NCBI GenBank assembly: GCA_051294905.1
Contig: CM119372.1
Coordinates: 9,674,001 to 9,738,000, forward strand
Direction of reading: 5' to 3'
Source: Botryllus schlosseri
Lineage: Eukaryota
DNA: 64,000 nucleotides
The notes under the pieces were generated by a model. The model was not told where the DNA came from, did no database searches, and saw only the letters and a list, made by a program, of their open reading frames with translations. Shown one piece after another: positions 50,428 through 63,258 of this stretch. The position numbers and the translations under genes are program-made. The first letter of the stretch is position 1; each line of letters begins with the position of its first letter.

Positions 50428-53400
50428 TATCGTCTCTGGAAAACATACAGGATCAGTGATCAGTGATCAACCACTCATTCGTATGGATTGACTGATTTCA
50501 GCGTAAAGGGGATACAATTTCCACATCAGTGGTTCCCGTTAAAAATACCAAGTTTGCGGACACCTCATGTTTAAAACTCACCCTAAAAATAATTATGAGA
50601 GCCGTGCATAGAGATTTCCGCACCGGGCTATTATTAGATTCCGCCATTTCGGCGTTGGCTGTTTTCAGCGCCTGGCAAATCAGCGCAAGAACGTTATTTA
50701 GTCTACAAGCTGTAGTCAATTTTGAGGTATTTATAGGGTCGTTCTTCGAAGCGAATGTTCGTCTGGCAGCGCATTTCGTGGCGTCGTATGTTGTGCTGGA
50801 CTTGACATGTCATGGTAGTGTTGCAGTCTCTGGATTTAATAATACTTGCGTACACTAAATACGAAAAGAGAAGGTTCTACAAGCAGGGCAGTAGCAAAAA
50901 TGTGACCGTCCCCAAAATGTTGTTCTTGGGCCCCCATCTAACATTTGACCTCCTCTTCCGGCTTCAGCCCTCAATTGTGGGATCCGGGGTCAAGCAGCCA
51001 CGGCCCTGTACACAGGTTATGGCTTCTTAATGTTACCATGCTATCTTACTAATCTCCAAAGGGTTGGGAATCACTGTACAACTTCCGCCATGAACTCATC
51101 ACCACCTACATATAGCCATGGGCTCTCTTGCCCTCAAAATTCTCGACTAGGACATAGTGACGTCGCATAACTTCCCCATGTCACAATTGCTTCATGACGT
51201 CAGCACTTCTTTCATAAAAATACTTCCCTAAATGCTCGAGATAAAATCAAATTGTGGGTAACTCTTATAGTTCGTTTTGGATGCGGATCTCCCACGCATA
51301 ATACATATACTGAATTAAGAAACGCGTTTGGCGTCCCCATAAGCACCGTATATGGATCTTTTCAAAAGCACGGCTGTCGTTAACCGGAGATATCATATAG
51401 CGAACACACAAGGTATGCGATTGTTGCACAGCATGTAAAGAGCATATAGACAATCAAAGATTATACCCACACGTTGGATATGCAATTCACTAATACCCTT
51501 CAGCTATAACTCCATTTGCAGCGTTATGGGAAGCAACACAGCTGAAATCGAACTATTTATAGATTCTGACACGGATATTGGGGCTGCTGGCGAAGTCACC
51601 GCTCGAACCTCGCTTCTTTCCGGTGTCAAGTACAGTTTATGTTCAGAATCGCCTCTGTCGAGGGCCATCGAAAGTCTTATGCGCAACATAACCGCCACAA
51701 CAAAGAATAACTAAAGCCTTTGATTGTGATATATTTCTAATAGATTTGATCACGCCAAAGGGGTCTGCTTTGAATTCATTCAATAAATTCCCACCGCTGA
51801 GTTTTCGCGTAGGCTGTATATTACGGTTCGGTGCGGAAACAACAAACAACTCATAAAACAAGTGCTGTAAGTCTGATACGGAAAGGAAATTATAAATATA
51901 CCGCATGCCACGAATGATGAGTAGGTGATGTGTTTTGAACAACAGAGGGCCTATTGTGATTTTCGCTTTGCTTAATCTATTTGGAAGCAAACTTACTTGA
52001 TAAACGTCACTTCATAGAGATTCGCCCAGAATCAGTTAGATGCTCGTCAACTCAATTTTACCGAGGCACGGAAGTAGCGAAAACGCGGTACCAAAATGAT
52101 TAGTAGATCGATACCGATATAATTTTGATATCTGCACTCTGCAGCAGTTATATTGTCTCACATGAGTTTCTATGAAGCCTATATTCTATAGCAGTAGGGA
52201 TATATGGATATACAGTATATACCCACATAGTATATAGTATATACCCACTTCGTGGAATCCTGCAAGGGATAAAAAAATAGCAATCTACGATAAACATATA
52301 GAGTATGATGTCAGCTGATTCTACACGAATCATGATTTCTACGCAATCGCTTAAAACACTAATTACGTCTTCTATACGTTGCATATAATAAGTCGGAAAT
52401 ACGTCATGACGTTATCCAACCAAACAAATATTTACAATCGAACGGAACAAGGTGTTAACGATGAAAAGGTGTCTTTTGCGGACGAGAAAAATATATTGTC
52501 ACACAGGGTCGGGTATACATGCTTTGTGACGCCTTATTTCCAGTATGTTCTCTTTATCTTGCGGGCCTTGTACAAATCAGCATCTATACGTTGGATGTAA
52601 TATTTGTGTCGTAAGGTAAAAACAGAATTGTTGGAAAGTGTGATGAGATAGGATCTAAATTCTAAAAGACAAAGAAGTCCACAGCATATAGGTAATAGGA
52701 AATATACACCAACCGAATCTTTTGACGTACGGACAAGGGAAACAACTCAGTATTCGACGCGATGTCATCCAGCGTGCTTCGTCAACACAGTTCCATCAAT
52801 AAATATAGGTGTGGTCATTAGTGGCCAACCATCTAAATATGTAGGAGTTGTTTATATTTTCAGGTGCATCCTTCTAGGTACATCCCGTCATAATGTCTCC
52901 TAACGGAAAAGCACCAGGCGTTTCACACAGTATGAAAGAAATTCCGTAAACGACCAGAACATGATATCATTGGGCGAAAATGTCAATCGGCAGATGGTTA
53001 GGTTTATTTGTTTGGATTCAGGAGAACACCGCCTCCTATGGTTACAAGCCCTCTGTCGTTATATAACTTGCTATATCATCAATCTCGGAACTGCGAAATG
53101 CAAATAAGGACCAATCTGCTACCTAACGGCCATGCTCGTGGATACATATATGTACGAAAATTTACCTCCGGATCACTACGGCAGTAAGGCGTGAAAAGCG
53201 TCACGCTGAATTTACAGCAGTAATTCACTAGAGTTTTTAGCAAAAGAAATGAGTTTCATAAAATGCAACGGTGATGGACAGGTCCACCATAAGCTTATTT
53301 TGAAAGGTAATTTTTTGGTACTTCATTATTGCTGTCATGCTACCATGAATTTACTTTTGAAAGCAAAGGATAATGTTTACGATCGCGGCTACATTGTGAA

Positions 53401-53867
53401 ATCACTTGCAATACTGAATAAGTCTAATATATATTGAACCGGACGCAAGATTTTGTATATTCGCATTAATTACAAAGCATTTAAAGATAACCAACAACAA
53501 ACTTTTGTGGAATAGACCTATTTTTAGTGGCGGATTGATATTATCACGTATTGCTGAGCGACATTATCTTTTACGTAAAACTTAACTGGGAATTCGTGGA
53601 TGTCAGTGGACGCCGGATTACATGCTCAAGATACCAAACGATTTATACTCAAAATGACGAATTTACATTCGGTGAGTATATGAAACATCGCATGATATCG
53701 GTTAATAGCATATGTCTCACCAAAACGTTCTACGGATTGTGCCATAATTGGCACATGATCCCTGTTCGAAGGTAGTTAGTCTTCAATTATGTAAATAACT
53801 TATAGGCATAAAAGATGTATAACGTACAGCGAAGACACAGCTCGGAAGTTGCTGCATTTTCAATCGA

Positions 53868-54080
53868 TAAGATAGCGTAATGGAGGAGTGTCCGGCTTCT
53901 TGATCGGTAGGTCCTGGGTTCAGTCCCTGGCCGGGTCAGACCGACATCCTGATTAATAACACTGTTATTCATGCCTTCCCCGATGGGCGCTCAGTATTAA
54001 CGGAATGATATGGATGGGGTTGTGCAAGACTTAGAAAGCTTTACAAGGCTGTGGCTTCCTTGTCCAGCGATGTACAATGT
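53868..54080 (+). mobile_element. tRNA-derived SINE
   Basis: A box TAGCGTAATGG, B-box-like GGTTCAGTCCC; head and GGCGCTCAG core shared with the copies at 61203 and 62760; different 3' part. Confidence 0.75.
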
Positions 54081-54451
54081 ACAATTGTGCACTCATGGTA
54101 TGCATGCTGTGCACTGCAGATCGTGTGTATGATATATCAATATCATGAGTCGGCGTAAATGCCGAAAAAACATAGGACAAATATATACTATATGACCTAT
54201 TTCCAATCCATTCCTATATTGCGTATTGGAAATGCGCACACAACAGATGTATTTAACAGTGGGCCAATATACGACCAAGCACAAAGTCCCCTCTATCGCG
54301 TCTTAGGTTTCGGGGCTTCTCATTATTGATCAATTAGTACCCAAAAATGGCCACGAATGACGTTATACTTCGTTAAAATATTTAATATATAAATGGTTTA
54401 TAAAATCATGATTCCTATTACGCCGCAACAACAAATGTGGTGTCTCCACAG

Positions 54452-55069
54452 GTTCGCGATACGGAGAATGAAATCACTTTAATTTTTCGGCTCTTCGATG
54501 TTGACGGCGACGGATATATCTCAGAGGACGAATTACGAGCCATGCTGGAACGATTAGGTCACGAGATATCTGACAAGGATCTCGCTGGCATGATGAAAGT
54601 GGCGGATGTGGACGGAGATGGAAGAGTGAGTTACGAAGAGTTCGTCGCTCTACTATCAGGATTTGCTCTCGACGAATTGGAGCGACTGATATTAGGCTTA
54701 CATTTAACTAAACACCCCGAAGAACCAGCCCGCGAGCCTGAAAAGGGTACGCCGGCCTCAAACGAACCGGCTGAACACTCTGAACAGACAGCCGGCGAGC
54801 CTGTTGAAGAAAATCAAGAGTTCACAAATCGTCCTACCAAACAGCGTAGAAGATCAGTTGTGTCGTTCTTCTCGCGTGTGCGAAAAATTTCCGTGTCTGA
54901 GAAGAAGCCACTGCAGTCCCGATGTAGCTGTCCCGATATAACGCTCCCGGCATCATCAGAACTCAAAGGACGCGCGGTGAATAGTCCCGATAACACAAAC
55001 CTTGCGAAATCGTCTCCGCAGCGTGTTCGGACCAGAAAGAGGTCCATTCTGAGGCCATTTGTAGAATGA
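54452..55069 (+). CDS. Calmodulin-like EF-hand protein C, terminal exon (EF3+EF4 + RRxS-rich tail); upstream exons unresolved
   Basis: Acceptor TCTCCACAG at 54451; loops DVDGDGYISEDE and DVDGDGRVSYEE. Possible upstream exons end at 52996 (MISLGENVNRQM) and 53671. Confidence 0.85.
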   Translation, partial: VRDTENEITLIFRLFDVDGDGYISEDELRAMLERLGHEISDKDLAGMMKVADVDGDGRVSYEEFVALLSGFALDELERLILGLHLTKHPEEPAREPEKGTPASNEPAEHSEQTAGEPVEENQEFTNRPTKQRRRSVVSFFSRVRKISVSEKKPLQSRCSCPDITLPASSELKGRAVNSPDNTNLAKSSPQRVRTRKRSILRPFVE

Positions 55070-56175
55070 ACAAATGCCTCCACCACGTTAGGCCACTCTT
55101 GCGCCGCTGGGTCCATAATTTATGTTTCGAACACGAGTTGATATTATTTACCTATATACCGCTGCATATTTTAACATCCAATGATTGCCATTCCTTATAT
55201 TTATATATAAAGCACGACAGGAAATGGCATTTCTGAAATTCAAAGTTTCATGACGCCCTCGGTAAAAAGAGAGTATGAAGCAGAAATGACAGTGACAAGG
55301 AACGTAATTTCAATGCTCGATGAATAGATGAGCTGTCGCTTGAATACTCCTAGCATTGTGCCCAACCCACAAGTTCATATGCATGTATCCATCATTGTAT
55401 AGATATCACAGTATTCCCCATACTTTTAGTATCGTTCTATCATTACTTCTTTTCATGAAAAATATATGGTACTGAATTAACCAATTTCTTTGAGGTTTTT
55501 ATTCGACGTTAGCCTCCAATACCAAATGGATTAGGGGATTATTGGAATAGCAACGATCCTATCTCTATGATATTTCCCATTAACAATTAGTACAGACTAT
55601 GGAAATCGAATACTAATCGACTGTGTGGTGAACTGACTGTATCGTCTTCGTAGCCTCTGCTCCAAACATATGGCGTATGGTGAAATTTAGGACGTGATTC
55701 CTATGGAAATCGTTTATTACTACTTCGGTTTTAACAATTCCCTCGTTATTGCTGTTAAGATACACAGAAACGTTATTGTCTGCCAGCTGTAATCGCTTTT
55801 AGGTATTGGGAGCAAATATCTTTATCATGGTTTCGAAGGCCATGCCACCCGACAAATAAATTTACAGTATAGGACTGCAGCAGCTATATCAGTGTTGAAT
55901 GAAGAAGAAAAATAACGGTTTCATTGAATTCGCCAGATGTTGAAGACACAGTTCCTATATAGTGTGACATGTCTACCTTTCTTCGCGTCTGGAAACAAAT
56001 TCATGAAAATTGACATCTTATCTTGCCTTGCTATGCAGCATTTCAGTATATCGCCATTCGCCATGTGTGATAGGCCTACTATACGGCTACGCAACATATC
56101 CTTTGAGAGTTCGTAATCATAGCATCGGCTATATTATTCTCATCCGAGGACCAAGTGATGTTAATTGCCATAAAC

Positions 56176-56437
56176 TAGGGTTACCATATTTTCGAATCGG
56201 GAAAGGAGGAAACTTTTTTCAAAATTTTCAAACTTAGAATATTGGAGTAAAACCCGGAAGAAATGGTAAATTGTTCTCGACATTGTGGTCGGTTAACTAA
56301 AAAAAGGTCAACTTTCCGGCTCAACTTGAGAAATACAGTTTTTCTTTCACACTTTACGTTGGTTGACTAAGGAAAAAAGGTTGTCACTTTCATTCGAACC
56401 ACGAATTTCCTATTTAACGTCATGTATGGTAACCCTA
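56176..56437. mobile_element. TAGGGTTACCATA family copy
   Basis: TIRs TAGGGTTACCATA...TATGGTAACCCTA; internal similarity to 3402-3745. Confidence 0.8.
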
Positions 56438-56548
56438 CATAGCACTAAGCAGTCGATTCAATTTGACGTCCATGAACTCAGTTGGGTGGCATCAAACTTC
56501 GAGGTTGTGGCCAAAGCTGCTTATTATAAGAGTTTCATTGATCCAAAG

Positions 56549-58984
56549 CAAGGCTTTGGAGCCGGATCAATGTGTTTCCAAGGGTGGCGGAGCTGATGGA
56601 GCCGGAGCCGGAGATGGTTGTTTGAAATGTAGCTCCGGCTCCGATGTATTTTTTATAAGATACTATATGCTAACACTTTTGGCTGAATTAACAAAATTTT
56701 ACGGTAACGTTCAAAGGAGTAATAACTTTCACCTCGTTGGCGCCACCTTTTTTAAACTAAGCATGTTCGTTCATATTGTTCATATATAACGTGCTAAACC
56801 TGGGTATGCCGTGCATTACTATATTCTGGGACATGGTTTCTCGTCATACCCGCAATTTCGTCATCAGCGCAACACTGATGGCAAATAGAGCGGTTCGAAA
56901 AATATTGATCACCATGTATTTCACAAAATCGGACTGGTGCGTATGTGAGCTGCGAGCAAATTAACTGATGAGTAAATAGCCAGTGGTTCTCAAAGTGTGG
57001 TAAGCTAACCACGGTGGTACACCAGATCTTCTAAGGTGGTACGCGAAGAGTGCTCTGCGTAGGCTAATGTCGTACCTCAGATTGGCGAGCTTCTGCATAA
57101 GAAACAGTTGCAATTATCTCGTTACATTGTGCTTTCTTGCTATCCGTTGGTGCTGCGATACAGTACTAACAGGAGTAACCAACAAACACCGATACATTCA
57201 AATAAAATAAGTAATTCAAGTGGTACGACCTGTAGTGAAAAACAAGTTAGTGGTACGCCGTGTGGTAAAAAAACAAATTAGTGGCACGCGATGGGAAAAT
57301 TAAATGAAGCGACGCCAGAGGTATAACGTGACCTTGTTGCGCACTTCGCACATGTCGGTTTGGAGTCGCGCACGCAGAGATAACGTTTGCCGTTTACTCT
57401 ATGAATTAGACAAGCAAATGCCCGTTCTTTGGTGATAGTTTTTTAATCATACGGCGAAATTCAACAGTGTGTTATTTTGTGCGCCTGCGAATCGGAATTC
57501 AATCCTGCGCATGATTCATCATGTGTGATCTCCAGAAAAAAAGAACTGAAACTAAATAGAACTTATAGCATGATACTGGGAATTGAAAGAGAAATACCAA
57601 TACTATTTCCAAAAATCGGAAAATATATTTTATGTCTTTTGTCCAGAAAGTTTCAACGGTGTTCTGCAACAACAGGTCTAACGCACAAAAAAGTCAGAGT
57701 CCATACTTTTCCAGATTAGGGCACACGCCATGGGCTGCTAGATTACGATTGACAGGTAATTAATAGATTTGCGAAACGGTAGTTTCTAACGTATCGGCCA
57801 TATTTACTGTGACGAAAGATTTCATATGGGCGACAATGTGGCGTGAACGGAACCACACAACTCGCTACCTAAAGTATATTGACCCATACTTTCGTGAACA
57901 TATATTTGGCACGCCACATATATGTACCGTGCGCGAAGAAAATTCTGGTCTTTACTTAACTTTTATGAAAATTAAATGTTGGTACTCCGCGAAAACAGGC
58001 CCAAAATTCGTCAGGCGATCTTTCTGATTGGAGGACTTCATTACTTCTACTTGGCAAACTGAAAATAGCGAGAAGTAAGTAGATCAAAATTTTACGAAGT
58101 AGAAATAGCGGAAATCATATTTAATTGAGTAAGTACCGCAAGTAGCGGAAAACTACTTGAGTACTTCGAAAAAGTAAAATACTTCGTTACAGACCACCTC
58201 TGGAACTACGTCATAGTCCGCGAACAATTTTCGTGTTGCGAGCTAGTCAATTCGATGCCCGAATCTCCTAACCCCATGGTGTTGGATAAAATAGAGAGGA
58301 ATTAGTGATTCAATGCGCGCTTTCCCGTATGTAATCATCTGTTTGTGAATTTATTCTTGCCTGCTTGAAACAGTCGTATTCCTGAATTGTCACGCAATGA
58401 GCGTGTATAGTTAATTCGTTACTGACACGGTGCACTGCAAACCAGATTCTCAGTGGCACTTTTTCTGCATTTATTCGGTTCTTTTGAAGGAAAACTTTCT
58501 ATATTTCAGTAAACCTGATCGACACCGGACGGACTGGTACCGAGAGCATCAACATCGAATTTCAACCCATTGGGTATTTGGTAGAAAGCGAAATTCCGGT
58601 CGCGGTATGCGCGCATGCAGCAGTTACACTTGAACAATCCCTCAATTTCAAGATTACAGTCAACTGTATATCTTGATATGATCAAGTGCGGTGCCGGTAT
58701 TTAAACGTCGCATTCACGTTTTGATGCGGTACGCAGCAATGACGTGGAGTTCTCATGCGACTATGACGTTTTCGACAGTCGACACAGGCAATTATGACGC
58801 GTTACATGACCGTGCATACCCCCACAAAAAAGGGTTCGGCGCGGCGGCCCCCGGCGCAACGGTAGTTATTGACTACCACATGAATGAACCATTCGCGATA
58901 GTTTACGGAGCCGGAGCTAATTCATCATACAAGTGAGCTCCGGTGCCGGAGCAGTTTAAAATTTGTGCCAGCTCCAAAGCCCTG
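56549..58984. mobile_element. hAT non-autonomous element with GGAGCC arrays, containing nested TE fragments
   Basis: TIRs CAAGGCTTTGGAGC...GCTCCAAAGCCCTG; flanks ATCCAAAG/ATCCAACG; internal CAGTGGTTCTCAAA end at 56981 and GACCACCTCTG end at 58202. Confidence 0.75.
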
Positions 58985-59713
58985 ATCCAACGTCTACGGT
59001 AGTGGCAGACACCATGGTAGTTGATAACTTTGTCCCTCTAGCGGCCGCACATATTAAGGGCTCTCCTGAAGACGATGGGGCAGGGTCCACGCTGGGTCCG
59101 GATTTGAAGTATGAAAAGATTTCTGAGACTGACGATACGGTGAGGTTGCATTGGGTTCTGTTTTGTTGCTTTGTGGATTGGCAAGTTGACTGTCAATGTG
59201 GTATAGGCCAGTGGTGGCCAACATGCGGCCGTCAACACACATAGTTAAAGTAGTGTGTCTTTGCTGCTGCCAACGCGTATTATGAATTAATAAATTGAAT
59301 CGAAAACTTTTCAAAGGTTTTAATTCGACTAAAGAATTTTCTTCGCGCGATTCAGGGCGACTTGGTTTTCGTTTTTAATATACGTCAGTAGTAGCCTAGT
59401 GTCACACCATAAATATGCGATCCTCTGAGGAAAATGATGGGCGACCAAGAATCAATTGAAAAGTGTATGTGTCTCGCGAATGAAGGCTTGTCCGATACGT
59501 TTGTGTAATTCCAAGTTTCCAACATATATTTGAACTATCCCTCACTATATCGACAATCCTCATGGGAGGTCAAGAAATAAGGGCCAGCAACATACAGTGC
59601 TTAAAAGTAGCAATCCAGCCGCATCATCATTAATTTTATACCTAAAATGTTTAATGGCACCCTCTGAATCAGCTGTCAGCAAATCTGATCACTTGGACCG
59701 ACCAAGTGTAAAT

Positions 59714-60716
59714 AAGGGATGGTGTGAACCTCTGAAAGGTTCAGGTTCGTGTGAACGCGAACCTTTTTGAAAGGTTCTGTGTGAACACGAACGTGAACCC
59801 CGTGACGTCACGCGACGTCATATTGCTAATTCCAACCCTATCGTCCAATGAAGTGATAGCCTATATTAATGTACACGATACCTAGCGAAGACTCGGTCCA
59901 CATAATGCCACAATTCTGAAATACATATCGGCGTTTTAAACGTCGCTTAATGTATCAACAGCGGTAATCAAAGGATATAATAATTGCGTAAAATCAGTAC
60001 ATTCCGTCGCTTTGCCAACAATTTCGACGAGGACTTACCAAGGAATATAAGCTTACGCCTTAACGGTCTTAGCCAGACCGGACAATGTGTTCGGAGTTCG
60101 GAGTTCAGAGTATTGCTACATTGATATTGAGCAGAGTGTACAACGGGTTTCAATACTCGCTACGGATACCACAAACAACAAGTTATGCAGCAGTAGCAAG
60201 CACCTTAATCGCACGGATTTGGTTTTAATGATACAGTAAAGATATGAAGTCAAGATTGACCCAGTACGCCCGTTCGATTTTTTACATCAGAAGACGATAT
60301 CAATGTCATTGATTGGTTGAATAAGCATCATTCGCTGACTACGTATATCGCTCGTGATGTTGTGTGATTGCGGGTCAAGCTCACAGCAGATAGTCACTAA
60401 ATATTCACAAACGGAAAGCTGGTTATTCCGAGAAACTTTTTGCAACGAAGCAACTAAAACTTTTAAGGTTGTCAAGGTGCATGGTGCATGCTCGTTAAGC
60501 GTTGATTTTTTATGCTGCCAGCACCATGCATGGAGTGGCCCGCAGTTGAAATGCAATAAATTTGAGCCAAATATCTTACAATGGAGTGAAAATTACAATT
60601 TACCAAAAGGTTCACAGTGCAGAACCTACCAAGGTTCTGTTGTGAACACGAACCTCTAAATTTCCGAGGTTCACACACGGAACGCGAACGTGAACCTCAC
60701 GTTCACACCATCCCTA
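59714..60716. mobile_element. TAGGGATGGTGTGAAC family copy 2 (inverted relative to 5615-6592)
   Basis: Highly similar reverse complement of copy 1; GTAAATAA on both flanks. Confidence 0.92.
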
Positions 60717-61202
60717 GTAAATAATTGATCGTAATATGCCAACTAATAATATTATCGCCGGAATTCATTGACGGAGTTGAAAAATTGTTCGCCTTCCGCA
60801 CGAATCCATAGCTTTTCATAACATGAATGCTCGCAATTTTGGTGCGTATAGAAAGCCTGCGAGGGCGTTCTGCTTCTACAATTAGGAACAGTTATGCGCA
60901 AGGTATTTTAGATATAGTGATGAGACAGAACGCCACAATGACTGTCCGCGGTGCGAAGTCCTCCAATATCCAAGTTAACACTGATATCTGGCGTCCAGGC
61001 GGGCCATTACGCCTGTTCGCTGAAATGGGTCGTACGCTATGTATATAATCGAAATGTGACCGTGAAATAGTTGAACGTTGAAATTTATTTCGGAAAAATT
61101 GTGGTAGTACTGTACCCAGTGGCGTAGCAGCCACTTGTCGGTTTTGGTTCTGCGCCAGGGGCGGCAGGCTCCAAGGGGGCGGCAAAATGAGGCTGCACAG
61201 TG

Positions 61203-61447
61203 AGAGAGAGAGGGAGAGATACGGTATTCTTTTTCGGCTGCACCATCGTGATGCTTTGACGACGGAGATGCGATACGGACTTCATAGTAAGGCCATCTAG
61301 TGTGCACCACCGTTTTTTCTCCTCCATGATTGCTGAACGGCTAGTGGGATATCAGTTTTCGAGTATTCAGTCTGACCCGGCCTGGGATCGAACCCACGAC
61401 CTACCGATCAAGAAGTCGGACGCATCACCATTACACTATCTCGCTCG
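61203..61447 (-). mobile_element. tRNA-derived SINE with (TC)n tail
   Basis: A box TAGTGTAATGG, B box GGTTCGATCCC; TSD GCACAGTG (61195-61202, 61448-61455). Confidence 0.88.
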
Positions 61448-62482
61448 GCACAGTGTACACAGCCGGCTAAAAGAAGCGTAATTGGTAGTCCAATAGCTGG
61501 CGTCCCGTGAGCTAAAATTTAATCAAACAGGTCTCAATCGAAAGCTAGTGTCGCGCTGATTCCGAAAACACGAATTAATATGTTAACATGGTGATGGAAC
61601 CAATCCGAAATAGCCGTCAAGGCCGATTGTTCGGAGAGTTCGCTGAAAAAGGAGAATGCCTGGCGGACAATCAGAAGATGCTGGCCTCAGTGTTGTTGAA
61701 GAAGTTAGACGATGCATGTTTCAAGCTTTGGATAGATTTAAACTTGAAGCTGAAACTAGGTTTAAAGGCATACATCACTTAAATGATATGTTTGGATTCT
61801 TGAACTCCCACGCGCTGCTGCAAAGCGAAAGTCACAATTTATTCACCAGCGCTTTTAGAAGCTCTTACGACGACGAGGTGGACTATTTGGAGACCTGCGA
61901 AAATTGTCATGCCTTGTACCTTCGAATTAAGGGTCATATAAATCAGAAGATTGCTAGCTTTTCGTACAAACCAATATGAGGCCTCTAGGACAGACTTGTA
62001 CAAACTAAACATTTAGTTAGTTGACTGTCAACTAACTAACAGTTTTTTGAGTAGTTCTAGTTCTAGTTCTAGTTGCGGATTTTGAAAATTGCGTAGTTCT
62101 AGTTCTAGTTCTAGTTGCGGATTTTGAAAATTTCGTAGTTCTAGTTCTAGTTGTAGTTGCAGATTTTGAAAATTCAGTAGTTCTAGTTCTAGTTTTAGTT
62201 GCGCATTTCAAAAAAATATTAGTTGCTGAACAACTAGAAACACTCGTGTGTCCTGCGTGATGAGAACTCTCCTCGCGTGACAAGTGAGGTTACTGAGGGT
62301 TAGTTAATACATTGATAATATATAGGTAATACATTGATTATGCCGAGTTCACTGATAACTCGGCTCAGTTACAACAATCGACAGTGCGCAGGGACACGAG
62401 ATCTCCCGCTGAGGTTGTTTACTAATTGGAATGTGAACTAGTGATCTCCTGCTGTGCGCTGGCGAGTATTATCTCGGAACTA

Positions 62483-63258
62483 TAGGGCTGGGCACAATGA
62501 ATCGAGTACTCGAATCAGAATCGAGTATTAATTTCGATGATTCGAGTCGAGTAGTAAACGGCGATTTTTTCGAGTACTGAAATTATACGCTCCTCGCCAC
62601 TTCAAGTTAATTTACCAACAAGAATTATAGTTTTGATACTATTTTCCACAGAGGAAGCCTTGAAACCTTGATCGACTGTGTCGCAGCATACGAGACATAG
62701 TACAAAGCTACGAACGTTACTGGAAATAACACATTTCCGAAGTCATGATCATCCCACAAGAGAGAGAGAGAGAGAGAGAGATGATATTCTTTTTCGCCTG
62801 CACCATCGAGATGCTTTGACGACGGAGTTGCGATACGGCCCAATGAGGTCATCTAGTCTGCGCCCCCGTTTTTTTTCTCCTCCATGCTATCCGTGATTGC
62901 TGAGCGCCTAGCAGGATAGCTGCGGGTACCAATTTTCGAGTCTTTGGTATGACCCGACCGGGAATAGAACCCACGACCTACCGCTCGAGAAGCCGGACGC
63001 ATAACCATTACGCTATCCCACAACATTGTCAAGATGTGCAAGGAAATCGGTATGGTCGAAAAAATACCAAAGTACCTTTGTAACGGATAACAGGCATTAT
63101 GTTCTTTGTGGTGGCATAAAAGGCACATATTCGAACATTGCCATATCGCATTCCGTTGTGACATCATAATGAGTGATACTCGAATACTCGACTCGACTCG
63201 AAGCGTAATACGTGATTCAGAATCGAATCACTCAGGTACTCGATTTTGCCCAACCCTA
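62483..63258. mobile_element. TAGGGCTGGGCA family copy 2 (nested), carrying a SINE
   Basis: Reverse complement of 15383-15904; CTCGGAACTA on both flanks. Confidence 0.9.
62760..63015 (-). mobile_element. tRNA-derived SINE with (TC)n tail
   Basis: Similar to 61203-61447; TSD ATCCCACAA, which occurs once at the equivalent position of the empty copy at 15383-15904. Confidence 0.88.

Noticed and set aside
50498..50719. MAESNNSP… frame as the first coding exon of EF-hand gene B
   Set aside because: Splicing from the GTGAGT donor (50581) to the 50435 acceptor gives an immediate stop; at most a UTR exon or uORF.
61370..61447. tRNA gene (A and B boxes); likewise ~53870 and ~62950
   Set aside because: No complete cloverleaf or acceptor stem; continues into SINE body and tail, with TSDs for two of the copies.
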